This document shows, piece by piece, positions 17,898-26,901 of a stretch of 64,000 bases of DNA. Each line of letters opens with the position of its first letter. Position 1 is the first letter of the stretch. Position numbers and translations under genes: made by a program. Origin of the DNA: Candidatus Nomurabacteria bacterium (GTDB taxonomy: Bacteria > Patescibacteriota > Minisyncoccia > Phycocordibacterales > UBA9973); assembly GCA_026395995.1 (NCBI GenBank), contig JAPLXQ010000010.1:146400-210399 (forward strand), read 5' to 3'. Below the pieces are notes generated by a model. That model did not search any database. It saw only the letters and a list, made by a program, of their open reading frames with translations, and had not been told where the DNA came from.

Positions 17898-18605
17898 ATG
17901 GAAATAGAAAATAATAATAAAAAAAATGATTGGATGAAATATGTCGTAGTATTAGTTATTACGCTTGGTCTTTTTGCTGTAGCTGGTGGGCTAAGTAATT
18001 TTTTTACAAATAAAAAAGTAGAGACAATGCAAGAAGTTCAAAATAAACTTGCTACTGATATTCTCTCTTCTGAGACACAATTTTCGTTACTCTCTGAGCT
18101 TTCTTGTGGGCAAGATGATGGATCTGAAAATCTTTCAGGTGAGCTTTCTGATATGGCTTCAAAGATTGATTATAGTGAAAATAATTTTAAAGATAATTCT
18201 GTGGCCACAGAATTAAAGAGATATTATACTATCCTTGAAATTAAAGATTTTATTTTAACAAAAAAGATTAATCAACGTTGTGGAAATAAGAGAGTACCAA
18301 TTTTGTATTTTTATACAACAGCCGAGAATTGTACTGAGTGTACAAAACAAGGTTTTGTACTTACAGAGCTTCGTAAAAAGTATCCTGATTTAAAGGTTTA
18401 TTCTTTTGATTATAGTACTGACGTTTCAGCTCTTACTGCACTTTTGAAAATATATAAAATAAGTGATAAAGAATTACCAGCTTTGGTGATTGATGAAAAT
18501 AAAGCTACAGGTTTCAAGAGTGTAGTAGATATAGAGAAATTATATCCGAATATTATAAAGCTTTTACCTAAAGATATGGCAAAAACAGAACCTATTAAAA
18601 AATAA
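17898..18605 (+). CDS. hypothetical membrane-anchored protein, possible thioredoxin-like CxxC (CTEC)
   Basis: N-terminal TM helix, ENCTECTKQG. Weak evidence. Confidence 0.3.
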   Translation: MEIENNNKKNDWMKYVVVLVITLGLFAVAGGLSNFFTNKKVETMQEVQNKLATDILSSETQFSLLSELSCGQDDGSENLSGELSDMASKIDYSENNFKDNSVATELKRYYTILEIKDFILTKKINQRCGNKRVPILYFYTTAENCTECTKQGFVLTELRKKYPDLKVYSFDYSTDVSALTALLKIYKISDKELPALVIDENKATGFKSVVDIEKLYPNIIKLLPKDMAKTEPIKK

Positions 18606-18629
18606 TAGCTTGTTGTACTTATATTTTAA

Positions 18630-20120
18630 TTAAATAATATTACTAATTTTTTCGTGTATTCCATCAAAAGATCCATTACTCATTACAACCACTATGTCTT
18701 TTTCTTTGATAGTTCCTTTTAATATTTTTACAGCCTCATCTGCTCCGTTTACACAAAAAGCTTGTTTTGTTTTTGAGATTTCATCAACAACCTTAGTAGT
18801 ATCCATTAGATCATCAGGTATATATCCTTCTTTATGTTTTGGTGTAGAGATTATAACAATATCAGCCGAAGAAAAGCTTTTTTTATATTCTTCTTCAAAT
18901 ATTTTTGATCGACTTGAATTTGATCTAGGTTCAAAGACTGCTATGATTCTATGACCAGAGTATTTATCTTTTATGCCATTTAATGTTTTTTCTACTGCTG
19001 TTGGATGGTGAGCAAAATCATCTATCAAAATTATGCCATTTTTATCAGCAAAAACTTCTTGTCTTCTTTTCATTCCAGAAAAAGAATAAATACCTTTTTT
19101 AATAGACTCTATTTCTAATCCGTACGTTAAAGAAGTTCCAATTACGGCTAAACAATTTAAAATATTATATTTACCAAAAAGGGGAGTTAAAAAGATACCA
19201 TAATCTTTTCCTTTAAAAAAAACCTTGAATTCTTGATAATCATCTTTGATATTTATGTCTTTAGCATAGAGATCAAAATTTTCTGAAAAACCGTATTGTA
19301 GTATTTTTTCATTATCTATATATTCTTCCTTTAAGCTATTTGCTCCAGAATCTTCACCACAAATAAATATATGTCCATCATCTGCTACTTCATCAATTAA
19401 AAATTTAAAAGCATTTCTATAGTCTTCAATATCATTGTAGATGTCTATATGGTCCAGTTCAACAGAAGTTATAATCGCAGTTTTTGGCATATAATGTAAA
19501 AATTTTGGAGACTTATCAAAGTATGAAGTGTCATATTCATCACCCTCTATTATAAAATGTTTAGATTCTTTATTGTAAAAAGCACTATCTTTAGAATCTT
19601 TTAAAACTCCACCTATGAGATAGGAGGGGTTTGTCTCACCTTCTTTGAAAACATGTACCATTATACCTGTAGTTGTCGTCTTACCATGAGTACCCGCTAT
19701 CACTATTGATTCTTTGCTATTTATAAAGAATTGTCTTATAGCTTCAGGCATTGATAACTCTGGTAAATTATTCTCTCTAGAATATTTAGCTTCTATATTA
19801 TCTGGACCAAACATATTGGCTATGATTATTAAATCTTTTTTATTAAGATTTTGCTCATTAAAATCACTAGATATATTTATACCTAGATTTGCTATTATCT
19901 GGTCCATAGGGGGGTAACATGTTTTATCTGATCCTGTAACTTCATAATTGGCATCTCTGAAAAGCTTAGCAAGTGAACCCATGGCTGTACCACATATACC
20001 GGTCAAGTGTATGTTCTTTATTTCATTTATATCTAAAATCGACTCTGTAACATTTCTTTGTTGATAGTCTGGTAGTTTCTTTTTCTTTTCTTCATAGTAT
20101 AATTTTGCCTTTTTTTGCAT
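18630..20120 (-). CDS. Mur ligase family protein (MurC / Mpl-like UDP-N-acetylmuramate-peptide ligase)
   Basis: IHLTGICGTAMGSLA N-terminal Rossmann motif, GTHGKTTTTG P-loop, Mur ligase middle and C-terminal domains. Confidence 0.7.
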   Translation of the reverse strand: MQKKAKLYYEEKKKKLPDYQQRNVTESILDINEIKNIHLTGICGTAMGSLAKLFRDANYEVTGSDKTCYPPMDQIIANLGINISSDFNEQNLNKKDLIIIANMFGPDNIEAKYSRENNLPELSMPEAIRQFFINSKESIVIAGTHGKTTTTGIMVHVFKEGETNPSYLIGGVLKDSKDSAFYNKESKHFIIEGDEYDTSYFDKSPKFLHYMPKTAIITSVELDHIDIYNDIEDYRNAFKFLIDEVADDGHIFICGEDSGANSLKEEYIDNEKILQYGFSENFDLYAKDINIKDDYQEFKVFFKGKDYGIFLTPLFGKYNILNCLAVIGTSLTYGLEIESIKKGIYSFSGMKRRQEVFADKNGIILIDDFAHHPTAVEKTLNGIKDKYSGHRIIAVFEPRSNSSRSKIFEEEYKKSFSSADIVIISTPKHKEGYIPDDLMDTTKVVDEISKTKQAFCVNGADEAVKILKGTIKEKDIVVVMSNGSFDGIHEKISNII

Positions 20121-20178
20121 GTTAGAATTCTAACATAAAAGATAAAATAAAAAAGCCGGAAAATATTCCGGCTTTAGA

Positions 20179-21249
20179 TTAATCAGCATTGAGTCCACAA
20201 TGCTTACAAACAATAATACTTTCTGCGACAGATTTACGGAAATTATACATAGACCCTGGTTTCCTGTGTGGATATACTGCATTAGACAAAATTACTATAC
20301 ATAAATTTTTCTCATAATCTAACATAATAGAACAGCCAGTAAAACCAGTTATAATTAGGGCTCTTTTTGAGAAACAGCTACAAGCACAGTAATCGAGTTT
20401 GAATTTATCCCAGCTTAATCCATAACGGTGATTTTTAATATCGTGAAGTTGATTACTAGTCATATTGTTAAATGTTTTTTCATCTAAAAATCCTTCACCT
20501 CTTTTTAAAATCATTTTTGAAAATTTCATCAAGTCTGGTAATGTTGAGAAAATTCCAGCAGAAGCAACGGTACGAGGTAAAAGCAATCTAGCTGTTTCAT
20601 CGTGCACTAAGCCTCTAAGAGGTTTTCCTGCAACTAATTCTGTCGGGACAATATTACTTTTGTCTTGTGTATCAGGATGAAAGGTTGTGTTGTTCATGTT
20701 TAACGGCAAGAAAAAATCTTTTTCAAGTATTTCCCATAAGCCAGTACCTTTTATTTTTTCAATAAAAAATCCAAGTAGTATTGATGTCGTATTACGATAA
20801 TCAAATTCAATTCCTGGTTGAACCTTTAGGCCAGAATTTAAAATTATTTTTTCAATTTCAGCAGCTTTTAATTTTTGTAAATCTTCCTCAGTGTCCAATG
20901 TTATTGTAAAAGAAAGTAAATGTTTTAATTTTAGCTCATTAACAAATCTTCCTTTAATAGGTAATACGTCTGCTATCTTTGTTTCCAAAGAAATAATGCC
21001 ATCACTTATCATAGAACAAGCATAAGTTCCTACTATTGCTTTAGTAATAGAACTTATGTCCCAAACTGAGCGATTAATATTTATTGCTGGTGAGTGTTCA
21101 TACATTTGATGGCCAAATGCCAATAAATGTTCTTCTTTTTGACTAATTATTCCTATGGTACAACCTGGAAAAATTTTGTCTTCTATGGCTTTTCTTGCCA
21201 AATCGGTTATTTTACCGATATATGCCGGTACTATAGTTTGTGTCTCCAT
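20179..21249 (-). CDS. serine hydrolase of the beta-lactamase / penicillin-binding fold
   Basis: SxxK motif (SISSITK). Cys-rich C-terminus CKHCGLNAD. Confidence 0.55.
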   Translation of the reverse strand: METQTIVPAYIGKITDLARKAIEDKIFPGCTIGIISQKEEHLLAFGHQMYEHSPAININRSVWDISSITKAIVGTYACSMISDGIISLETKIADVLPIKGRFVNELKLKHLLSFTITLDTEEDLQKLKAAEIEKIILNSGLKVQPGIEFDYRNTTSILLGFFIEKIKGTGLWEILEKDFFLPLNMNNTTFHPDTQDKSNIVPTELVAGKPLRGLVHDETARLLLPRTVASAGIFSTLPDLMKFSKMILKRGEGFLDEKTFNNMTSNQLHDIKNHRYGLSWDKFKLDYCACSCFSKRALIITGFTGCSIMLDYEKNLCIVILSNAVYPHRKPGSMYNFRKSVAESIIVCKHCGLNAD

Positions 21250-21314
21250 TTTTTTAAATTACAAGTTTGTTTAAATGTACTTTAACAGTTTTACAAAGAA
21301 AAGGGAAGTAAATA

Positions 21315-21350
21315 CAAAAAATCCCCTTGTAGGAGATTTTTTGTATTTTG
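21315..21350 (-). terminator. hairpin plus T-run downstream of the tRNA-Thr (minus strand)
   Basis: Reverse complement reads ...tcctacaaggggattttttgtattt. Confidence 0.4.
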
Positions 21351-21400
21351 GAGCCGCTTCTCAGATTTTAATTGAGAATCTTCGTTTTAGTTATGCGTTG
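21351..21400 (-). pseudogene. degenerate duplicate of the 3' ~50 nt of the adjacent tRNA-Thr (tRNA fragment, possible former integration-site repeat)
   Basis: gagccgcttctcagatt is identical to the tRNA 3' end; the following ~33 nt are ~70% identical. Confidence 0.5.
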
Positions 21401-21424
21401 AACAGAACCTATATTTTTACCTTG

Positions 21425-21497
21425 AGCCGCTTCTCAGATTCGAACTGAGGACCTTCGCTTTACAAAAGCGTTGCTCTACCAACTGAGCTAAAGCGGC
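21425..21497 (-). tRNA. tRNA-Thr (anticodon UGU)
   Basis: Cloverleaf folded manually from the reverse complement: acceptor GCCGCTT/AAGCGGC, D-arm GCTCAGTTGGTAGAGC, anticodon loop TTTGTAA, T-arm CTCAGTTCGAATCTGAG. Confidence 0.75.
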
Positions 21498-21668
21498 ACG
21501 TATGTTGTTGTTATCTACCAAAACAGCTAAAGCGTCAAATACAGTTTAATTAAAATATATATTTTAATTATCAACCAAAATCTCTCCTAATTTAGGAGAG
21601 ATGTCAGCTGTAGTCAGCTGACAGAGAGGTCTTTCAATATACTAGCAAATTTATTTAGCTTAATCAAG

Positions 21669-22073
21669 CTATGAATTAGTTTCTTCTTCGACGATTTGAT
21701 TCTTCAGTTTATTGATCTTTTTCTTGTATTCAGAGACTGTTCGCAGGAACGCTGAGACTTCTTTCTTTTCAGGAATTGCTTCAGGGTCGTGATCTTTTAC
21801 GAGTCTTCCTTTTACTTTATGATAAAGGTCCACACTTTTCTTTTTAATAACTATAGATGATCTCACATATGTTCGAAGAGTCATTTCAATTATAAAAAAC
21901 CCAAATTCTTTGGCGTGTTTTATTATTAGAATATGCACCTCTTTAGCATCAGGCAATAGAGGGGATTCATCTATTATCACCATATCATTTTCACGTATCA
22001 ACAAAACACGCTTATATAAAATAAAAATGATACTGATTAGTGAGACGAAAAATAAAATTAAAATAAAAGTCAT
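21669..22073 (-). CDS. hypothetical membrane-anchored protein
   Basis: ORF track; N-terminal TM helix. Confidence 0.3.
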   Translation of the reverse strand: MTFILILFFVSLISIIFILYKRVLLIRENDMVIIDESPLLPDAKEVHILIIKHAKEFGFFIIEMTLRTYVRSSIVIKKKSVDLYHKVKGRLVKDHDPEAIPEKKEVSAFLRTVSEYKKKINKLKNQIVEEETNS

Positions 22074-22128
22074 AGTGTAATTGTATCATATAAAAAACGA
22101 CAGAGAAATGTCGTTTTTTATATTGTTT

Positions 22129-22905
22129 TTATATTGAGTATCTTTTTACTTCTACTATTTTTGCACCGGCTTTTGAGAGTAGGGAAGCAATAGTTTCATC
22201 TGGATTTTTGATGAAGTTTTGTTCTACTAGAGTTTTTTCTTTAAAATAACCAGCTATTTTTCCTTCAAGCATTTTCTTCTTAATATCTTCTGGTTTATCA
22301 CTAGCCATGACTTCTTTTTCAAAAATTTCTGAAACAGTTTTTTTGTTTTCTTCTGAAATTTCATCTAGAGTTACATATTCTGGTTTCATAGCTGCTACGT
22401 GCATAGCGATATCTTTTGCCAATTCTGTACTTCCACCTTCAAGAGATACAATCACCGCAGATTTACCATTGTGTACATAACTTCCGATTATATTTCCTGT
22501 TACTTCTGCTGTTTCACCGAGCTGAATATTTTCACCAGTTTTTTGAATTATTTGGTCAATCATTTCTTTTGATCCAGCTTTCATTGTTTCTACACCGTCA
22601 GTTAATGCTTTGTTTGTAAGAGCAGAAAGTAAGTTTGTGAAATCTTCATTTTTAGCAACGAAATCAGTCTCACAGTTTAGTACTACAAGAACAGTCTTAT
22701 TAGAATCTGCTTTTATCATGATAGCTCCATCATTAGCTTCACGGCCAGCTTTTTTAATAGCAATATCAGAACTAGATTTTTTTAAGATAACAATAGCTTT
22801 TTCCATATCTCCACCTGCTTCTTCTAGAGCTTTTTTACATTGCATAACAGAGACACCAGTAGAGTCTCTTAATTGTTTTACTAATTCTGTAGTTATTTGT
22901 GACAT
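22129..22905 (-). CDS. tsf: elongation factor Ts
   Basis: N-terminal UBA-like LVKQLRDSTGVSVMQCKKALEEAGGDMEKAI; EF-Ts core. Confidence 0.92.
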   Translation of the reverse strand: MSQITTELVKQLRDSTGVSVMQCKKALEEAGGDMEKAIVILKKSSSDIAIKKAGREANDGAIMIKADSNKTVLVVLNCETDFVAKNEDFTNLLSALTNKALTDGVETMKAGSKEMIDQIIQKTGENIQLGETAEVTGNIIGSYVHNGKSAVIVSLEGGSTELAKDIAMHVAAMKPEYVTLDEISEENKKTVSEIFEKEVMASDKPEDIKKKMLEGKIAGYFKEKTLVEQNFIKNPDETIASLLSKAGAKIVEVKRYSI

Positions 22906-22928
22906 ATTTATTTTTTAATTAATATTAA

Positions 22929-23636
22929 TTACTTAACTTCAGGGATAGACATTTGTCCGTTTTTATAAGCAGTAGCAAAAGCTTTTGCAAATAGTGTGAT
23001 ACTTGCTCTTGAGGCATCATTGGCGATGATAGAGTAAGTTAATTCTTTTATGTTTGAGTCTGTATTTGTAAGAGCTACTACAGGTACATGAGATTTTCTA
23101 GCTTCTGTAGCTGCAATATGTTCTTTTTTAGCATCGATAATGATAAGAGCATCAGGGATTTTTTTCATTCCGATCATACCAGAGTAATATTTTGAAAGTT
23201 TCTCCATTTTCTTTGAAAGAACCAATCTTTCTTTTTTGGTATATTTATTGAGTTCACCTTTTTCACTGTCAATTTTGTAATTTTCTAATTCAGCGATTCT
23301 TTTTTTGATTTCTCCGAAATTACTGATTGATCCACCGATCCATCTTTCTATGACATATGGCATGTTTATAGATTCAGCAACAGATTTTATTGCTTCACGA
23401 GCTTCTGGCTTTGTGCCGACAAAAAGAACGACCTTATTTTTAGAACCAAGGTCTTTAATAAAATCACAAGCTTCTTTGAGCATTGTCTCTGTCTTTTCTA
23501 AGTCGATGATATCTGTCTTAGCTTTGGTCATAAAGATAGCAGAAGAAACAGAAGGGTGTCTTCGTGTCTTTGAGTATCCATAATGAGCTCCGGCCTCGAA
23601 CATTTTTTCTATTGTTACTATTTCGTTTTTTGACAT
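22929..23636 (-). CDS. rpsB: 30S ribosomal protein S2
   Basis: MFEAGAHYGYSKTRRHP..., VLFVGTK, conserved S2 blocks. rpsB-tsf operon order. Confidence 0.95.
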   Translation of the reverse strand: MSKNEIVTIEKMFEAGAHYGYSKTRRHPSVSSAIFMTKAKTDIIDLEKTETMLKEACDFIKDLGSKNKVVLFVGTKPEAREAIKSVAESINMPYVIERWIGGSISNFGEIKKRIAELENYKIDSEKGELNKYTKKERLVLSKKMEKLSKYYSGMIGMKKIPDALIIIDAKKEHIAATEARKSHVPVVALTNTDSNIKELTYSIIANDASRASITLFAKAFATAYKNGQMSIPEVK

Positions 23637-23820
23637 GTATTTATATCTGTTTAATTTATAATTAATAATTTACCTTACGACTTAAACAGGCTATTTTAAA
23701 AGCCTATTATTCATCTAGAAAAGAAAAACCCATCTCTAGACAGGTGTTTGTATATTAGCAGTAATTTTAATTTTTTGCAAATTTCCCGAGGTTTTGCAAA
23801 GCTTAAGTTTTTAGGGTAGT

Positions 23821-25080
23821 ATGAGAGATATGAGACAATCAAAACTTTTTTCAAAAACAAGAAAAGAAGCTCCAGCAGATGAGGTCGCTAAGAATGCTGA
23901 GCTCTTGATAAGAGGTGGATTTATATACAAAGAAATGGCTGGTGTTTATACATTGTTACCACTAGGCCTCCGAGTTATAAATAAAATAGAACAAATAGTC
24001 CGTGATGAAATGAATATGATTGGTGGTATGGAAATGCGTACTTCTATTATTCAAGCAAAAGAAGTTTGGGAAAAAACCAATAGATGGGATGATGAAATAG
24101 TAGATAATTGGTTTAAAACAAAATTAAAAAATGGTGGAGAAGTCGGCCTATCTTTTACAAATGAAGAAGCCCACTCAAATATTTTAAAACAATATGTAAA
24201 TTCTTATAAAGATTTACCTGTTTATGTTTATGATTTTAAAAATATTTTTAGAAATGAAACTCGCAGTAAATCAGGAATTTTACGAGGTAGAGAATTCTAT
24301 TGGAAAGCTCTATATTCTTTTTCTAAAAATGAGACAGAACACAATGAATTTTATGAAAAAGCTAAAATAGCTTATAAAAATGTTTTCCAAAAAGTTGGTA
24401 TTGGACATTTAACTTATATGACATTTGCTTCAGGTGGGACTTTTTCAAAGTTCTCTCATGAATTTCAAACTTTAACTTCTGCTGGAGAAGATACTATATA
24501 TGTAGATGAAGCAACTTCTGTAGCTGTGAACCAAGAAGTCTATACAGATGAAGTTTTAAAAGATTTAGGTTTAGAAAAAGAAAAACTAGTTGAGAGAAAA
24601 GCTATCGAAGTTGGTAATATTTTCTCATTGGGTACTAAATTCTCAACTCCTTTTGATTTAAAATTTAAAGACGAAAATAACGCAGAAAACCTTGTGGTTA
24701 TGGGTAGTTACGGTATTGGCCTTACTCGTCTTATGGGTACAGTCGTCGAAGTTTTGTCAGATGATAGAGGTATGATCTGGCCTGAAAGTATTGCTCCATT
24801 TAAAATTCAATTGCTTTCTTTGGGAGAAAGTGAGAATGTTACCAAAGAAGCTAACAAAGTCTATGATGCTTTATTAGAGGCTGGTATAGAAGTTATCTTT
24901 GATGATAGAAGTGGAATGTCTGTCGGAGAAAAATTTGCTGATTCAGATTTACTCGGTATGCCATATAGAGCAGTTGTATCAGAGAGAAGTATAAAAGAGG
25001 GTGGTATTGAATTAAAGAAAAGAACAGAAGAAAAAGGCAGTATTGTAAGTTTAGATGAATTGATAAAGACTCTTAAATAA
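23821..25080 (+). CDS. proS: prolyl-tRNA synthetase (short form without editing domain)
   Basis: N-terminus MRQSKLFSKTRKEAPADEVAKNAELLIRGGFI...GVYTLLPLGLRV matches ProRS; class II motifs; C-terminal anticodon-binding domain. Confidence 0.8.
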   Translation: MRDMRQSKLFSKTRKEAPADEVAKNAELLIRGGFIYKEMAGVYTLLPLGLRVINKIEQIVRDEMNMIGGMEMRTSIIQAKEVWEKTNRWDDEIVDNWFKTKLKNGGEVGLSFTNEEAHSNILKQYVNSYKDLPVYVYDFKNIFRNETRSKSGILRGREFYWKALYSFSKNETEHNEFYEKAKIAYKNVFQKVGIGHLTYMTFASGGTFSKFSHEFQTLTSAGEDTIYVDEATSVAVNQEVYTDEVLKDLGLEKEKLVERKAIEVGNIFSLGTKFSTPFDLKFKDENNAENLVVMGSYGIGLTRLMGTVVEVLSDDRGMIWPESIAPFKIQLLSLGESENVTKEANKVYDALLEAGIEVIFDDRSGMSVGEKFADSDLLGMPYRAVVSERSIKEGGIELKKRTEEKGSIVSLDELIKTLK

Positions 25081-25082
25081 AA

Positions 25083-26129
25083 ATGTTAAAAAAATTTTAC
25101 AAAATGTTTTCAAATGATATCGGTATCGACCTCGGCACAGCAAATACGCTCGTGTATTTAAAAGGGCAGGGTATCGTGATCAATGAACCTTCTGTCGTAG
25201 CTGTGAATGTGAAGACGAATCAAGTTCTCGCTGTCGGTGCGCAAGCAAAACAAATGCTTGGTAGAACACCAGGGCATATTCGCGCCGTGCGTCCACTCGT
25301 AGATGGAGTTATTTCTGATTTCGAAGTTACAGAAGAAATGCTTTCATATTTGATAAATAAAGCAGACAAAATGTCTAAAAAGTTTTTGCGTCCTCGTGTT
25401 GTCATCGGTGTTCCTTCTGGAACTACAAATGTCGAAACTCGTGCTGTCTATGATGCAGCGAAGTCTGCCGGAGCGAGAGAAGTATTTTTGGTAGAGGAGC
25501 CGATGGCTGCAGCTATCGGAATTCGTTTACCTATCAAGGACCCAGTAGGTTCTATGATTATCGATATCGGTGGAGGGACTACAGATGTCGCCGTTATATC
25601 GCTCGGTGGAATCGTGAAATCTAGAAATTTAAAAATCGCTGGAGATAAATTGAACAACGATATCATCTCATATATGCGTGATGAATTTAAACTTTTGATT
25701 GGTGAGAAAACAGCCGAAGGTGTCAAGATTGCTATTGCTTCTGCAATGCAAGGGGAATATATGGAAAGTTATGTTCGTGGACGAGATTTACTCACAGGGC
25801 TTCCTAGAGAAGTAGTCGTGACTGATTCAGATATTCGTGAAGCTATTGGATCTTCTGTAGCTGAGCTTGTCGATGGTGTAAAAGATATATTGGAAACTAC
25901 TCCACCAGAAATTCTTTCAGATATCATGCGTGGCGGTGTAGTGCTTTCTGGTGGTGGAGCATTACTACACGGTCTTGATAGTCTTTTGCAAAATGTTTTG
26001 AAAATACCAGTATATGTTGTCGATGATCCACTTTCAGCTGTGGCTCGTGGTACAGGAATTATTTTAGATGATATAGAAAATTATCGTGAAGTATTAATCG
26101 GCAATCAAGATGAGCTACCTCCTAGATAA
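25083..26129 (+). CDS. mreB: rod shape-determining protein MreB
   Basis: DIGIDLGTANTLVY, actin-fold motifs, GGGALL. Confidence 0.95.
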   Translation: MLKKFYKMFSNDIGIDLGTANTLVYLKGQGIVINEPSVVAVNVKTNQVLAVGAQAKQMLGRTPGHIRAVRPLVDGVISDFEVTEEMLSYLINKADKMSKKFLRPRVVIGVPSGTTNVETRAVYDAAKSAGAREVFLVEEPMAAAIGIRLPIKDPVGSMIIDIGGGTTDVAVISLGGIVKSRNLKIAGDKLNNDIISYMRDEFKLLIGEKTAEGVKIAIASAMQGEYMESYVRGRDLLTGLPREVVVTDSDIREAIGSSVAELVDGVKDILETTPPEILSDIMRGGVVLSGGGALLHGLDSLLQNVLKIPVYVVDDPLSAVARGTGIILDDIENYREVLIGNQDELPPR

Positions 26130-26901
26130 AAATAAAAAAACAAAAAAGTATAAAAAAATTGGAGCAATAGTTTTTCTAGCTATTGTTTTAGTTTATTTTC
26201 GTGCCCCAGTTTGGAAAGGTTTATCTGTCTCTACTCATACGATTTTTAAACCAGTAATAGTTTTTGGACAATTTATCGGTGGAGGCTTTTCAAATATTGG
26301 TGTAAATTTTCGTTCTAAAAAAGCTCTCGTCACAGAAAATGAAAATTTGAAAAATCAAATTACAGAAAGTGAGGCTGATAGAGCGAACTATGCATCTGTC
26401 GTCGATGAGAATAATAAAATGAAAGAAATTCTTGGTAGAAAAGCTGAAAATATGAAAGTCGTTTTGGTGGGAATTTTAGAAAAACCAAATCGTTCTTTGT
26501 ATGATACTTTAGTGATAGATGCAGGGAGTAATCAAGGAGTAAAAATCGCGGATAGAGTTTTTGCAATTGGGAATATTCCTATCGGGCGCGTGGCTGAAGT
26601 TTATTTAAATTCTTCAAACGTAATTTTATTTTCAAATCCAGAAGAAAAGACTGATGTCGTACTTTCAGGCAAAGATGGATTCTTGCAAGCTGTCGGCCGT
26701 GGGGGAGGAAATTTTGAAATAATTTTGCCTAAGGATTTAGTGATAGCTGTCGGTGCAGAAGTTGATTTACCGGGCATTACGCCTTATATATTAGGCACAG
26801 TCGCGACGCTTGTTTCCGATCCACGTGATTCTTTTCAGAAAGCGATTTTGGTGAGTCCTGTGAATATTCAGCAACTTAAATTTGTAGAAGTAGAAATTTA
26901 A
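26110..26901 (+). CDS. mreC: rod shape-determining protein MreC
   Basis: Position after mreB, N-terminal TM helix, coiled-coil, beta-rich C-terminal domain. Confidence 0.7.
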   Translation: MSYLLDKNKKTKKYKKIGAIVFLAIVLVYFRAPVWKGLSVSTHTIFKPVIVFGQFIGGGFSNIGVNFRSKKALVTENENLKNQITESEADRANYASVVDENNKMKEILGRKAENMKVVLVGILEKPNRSLYDTLVIDAGSNQGVKIADRVFAIGNIPIGRVAEVYLNSSNVILFSNPEEKTDVVLSGKDGFLQAVGRGGGNFEIILPKDLVIAVGAEVDLPGITPYILGTVATLVSDPRDSFQKAILVSPVNIQQLKFVEVEI

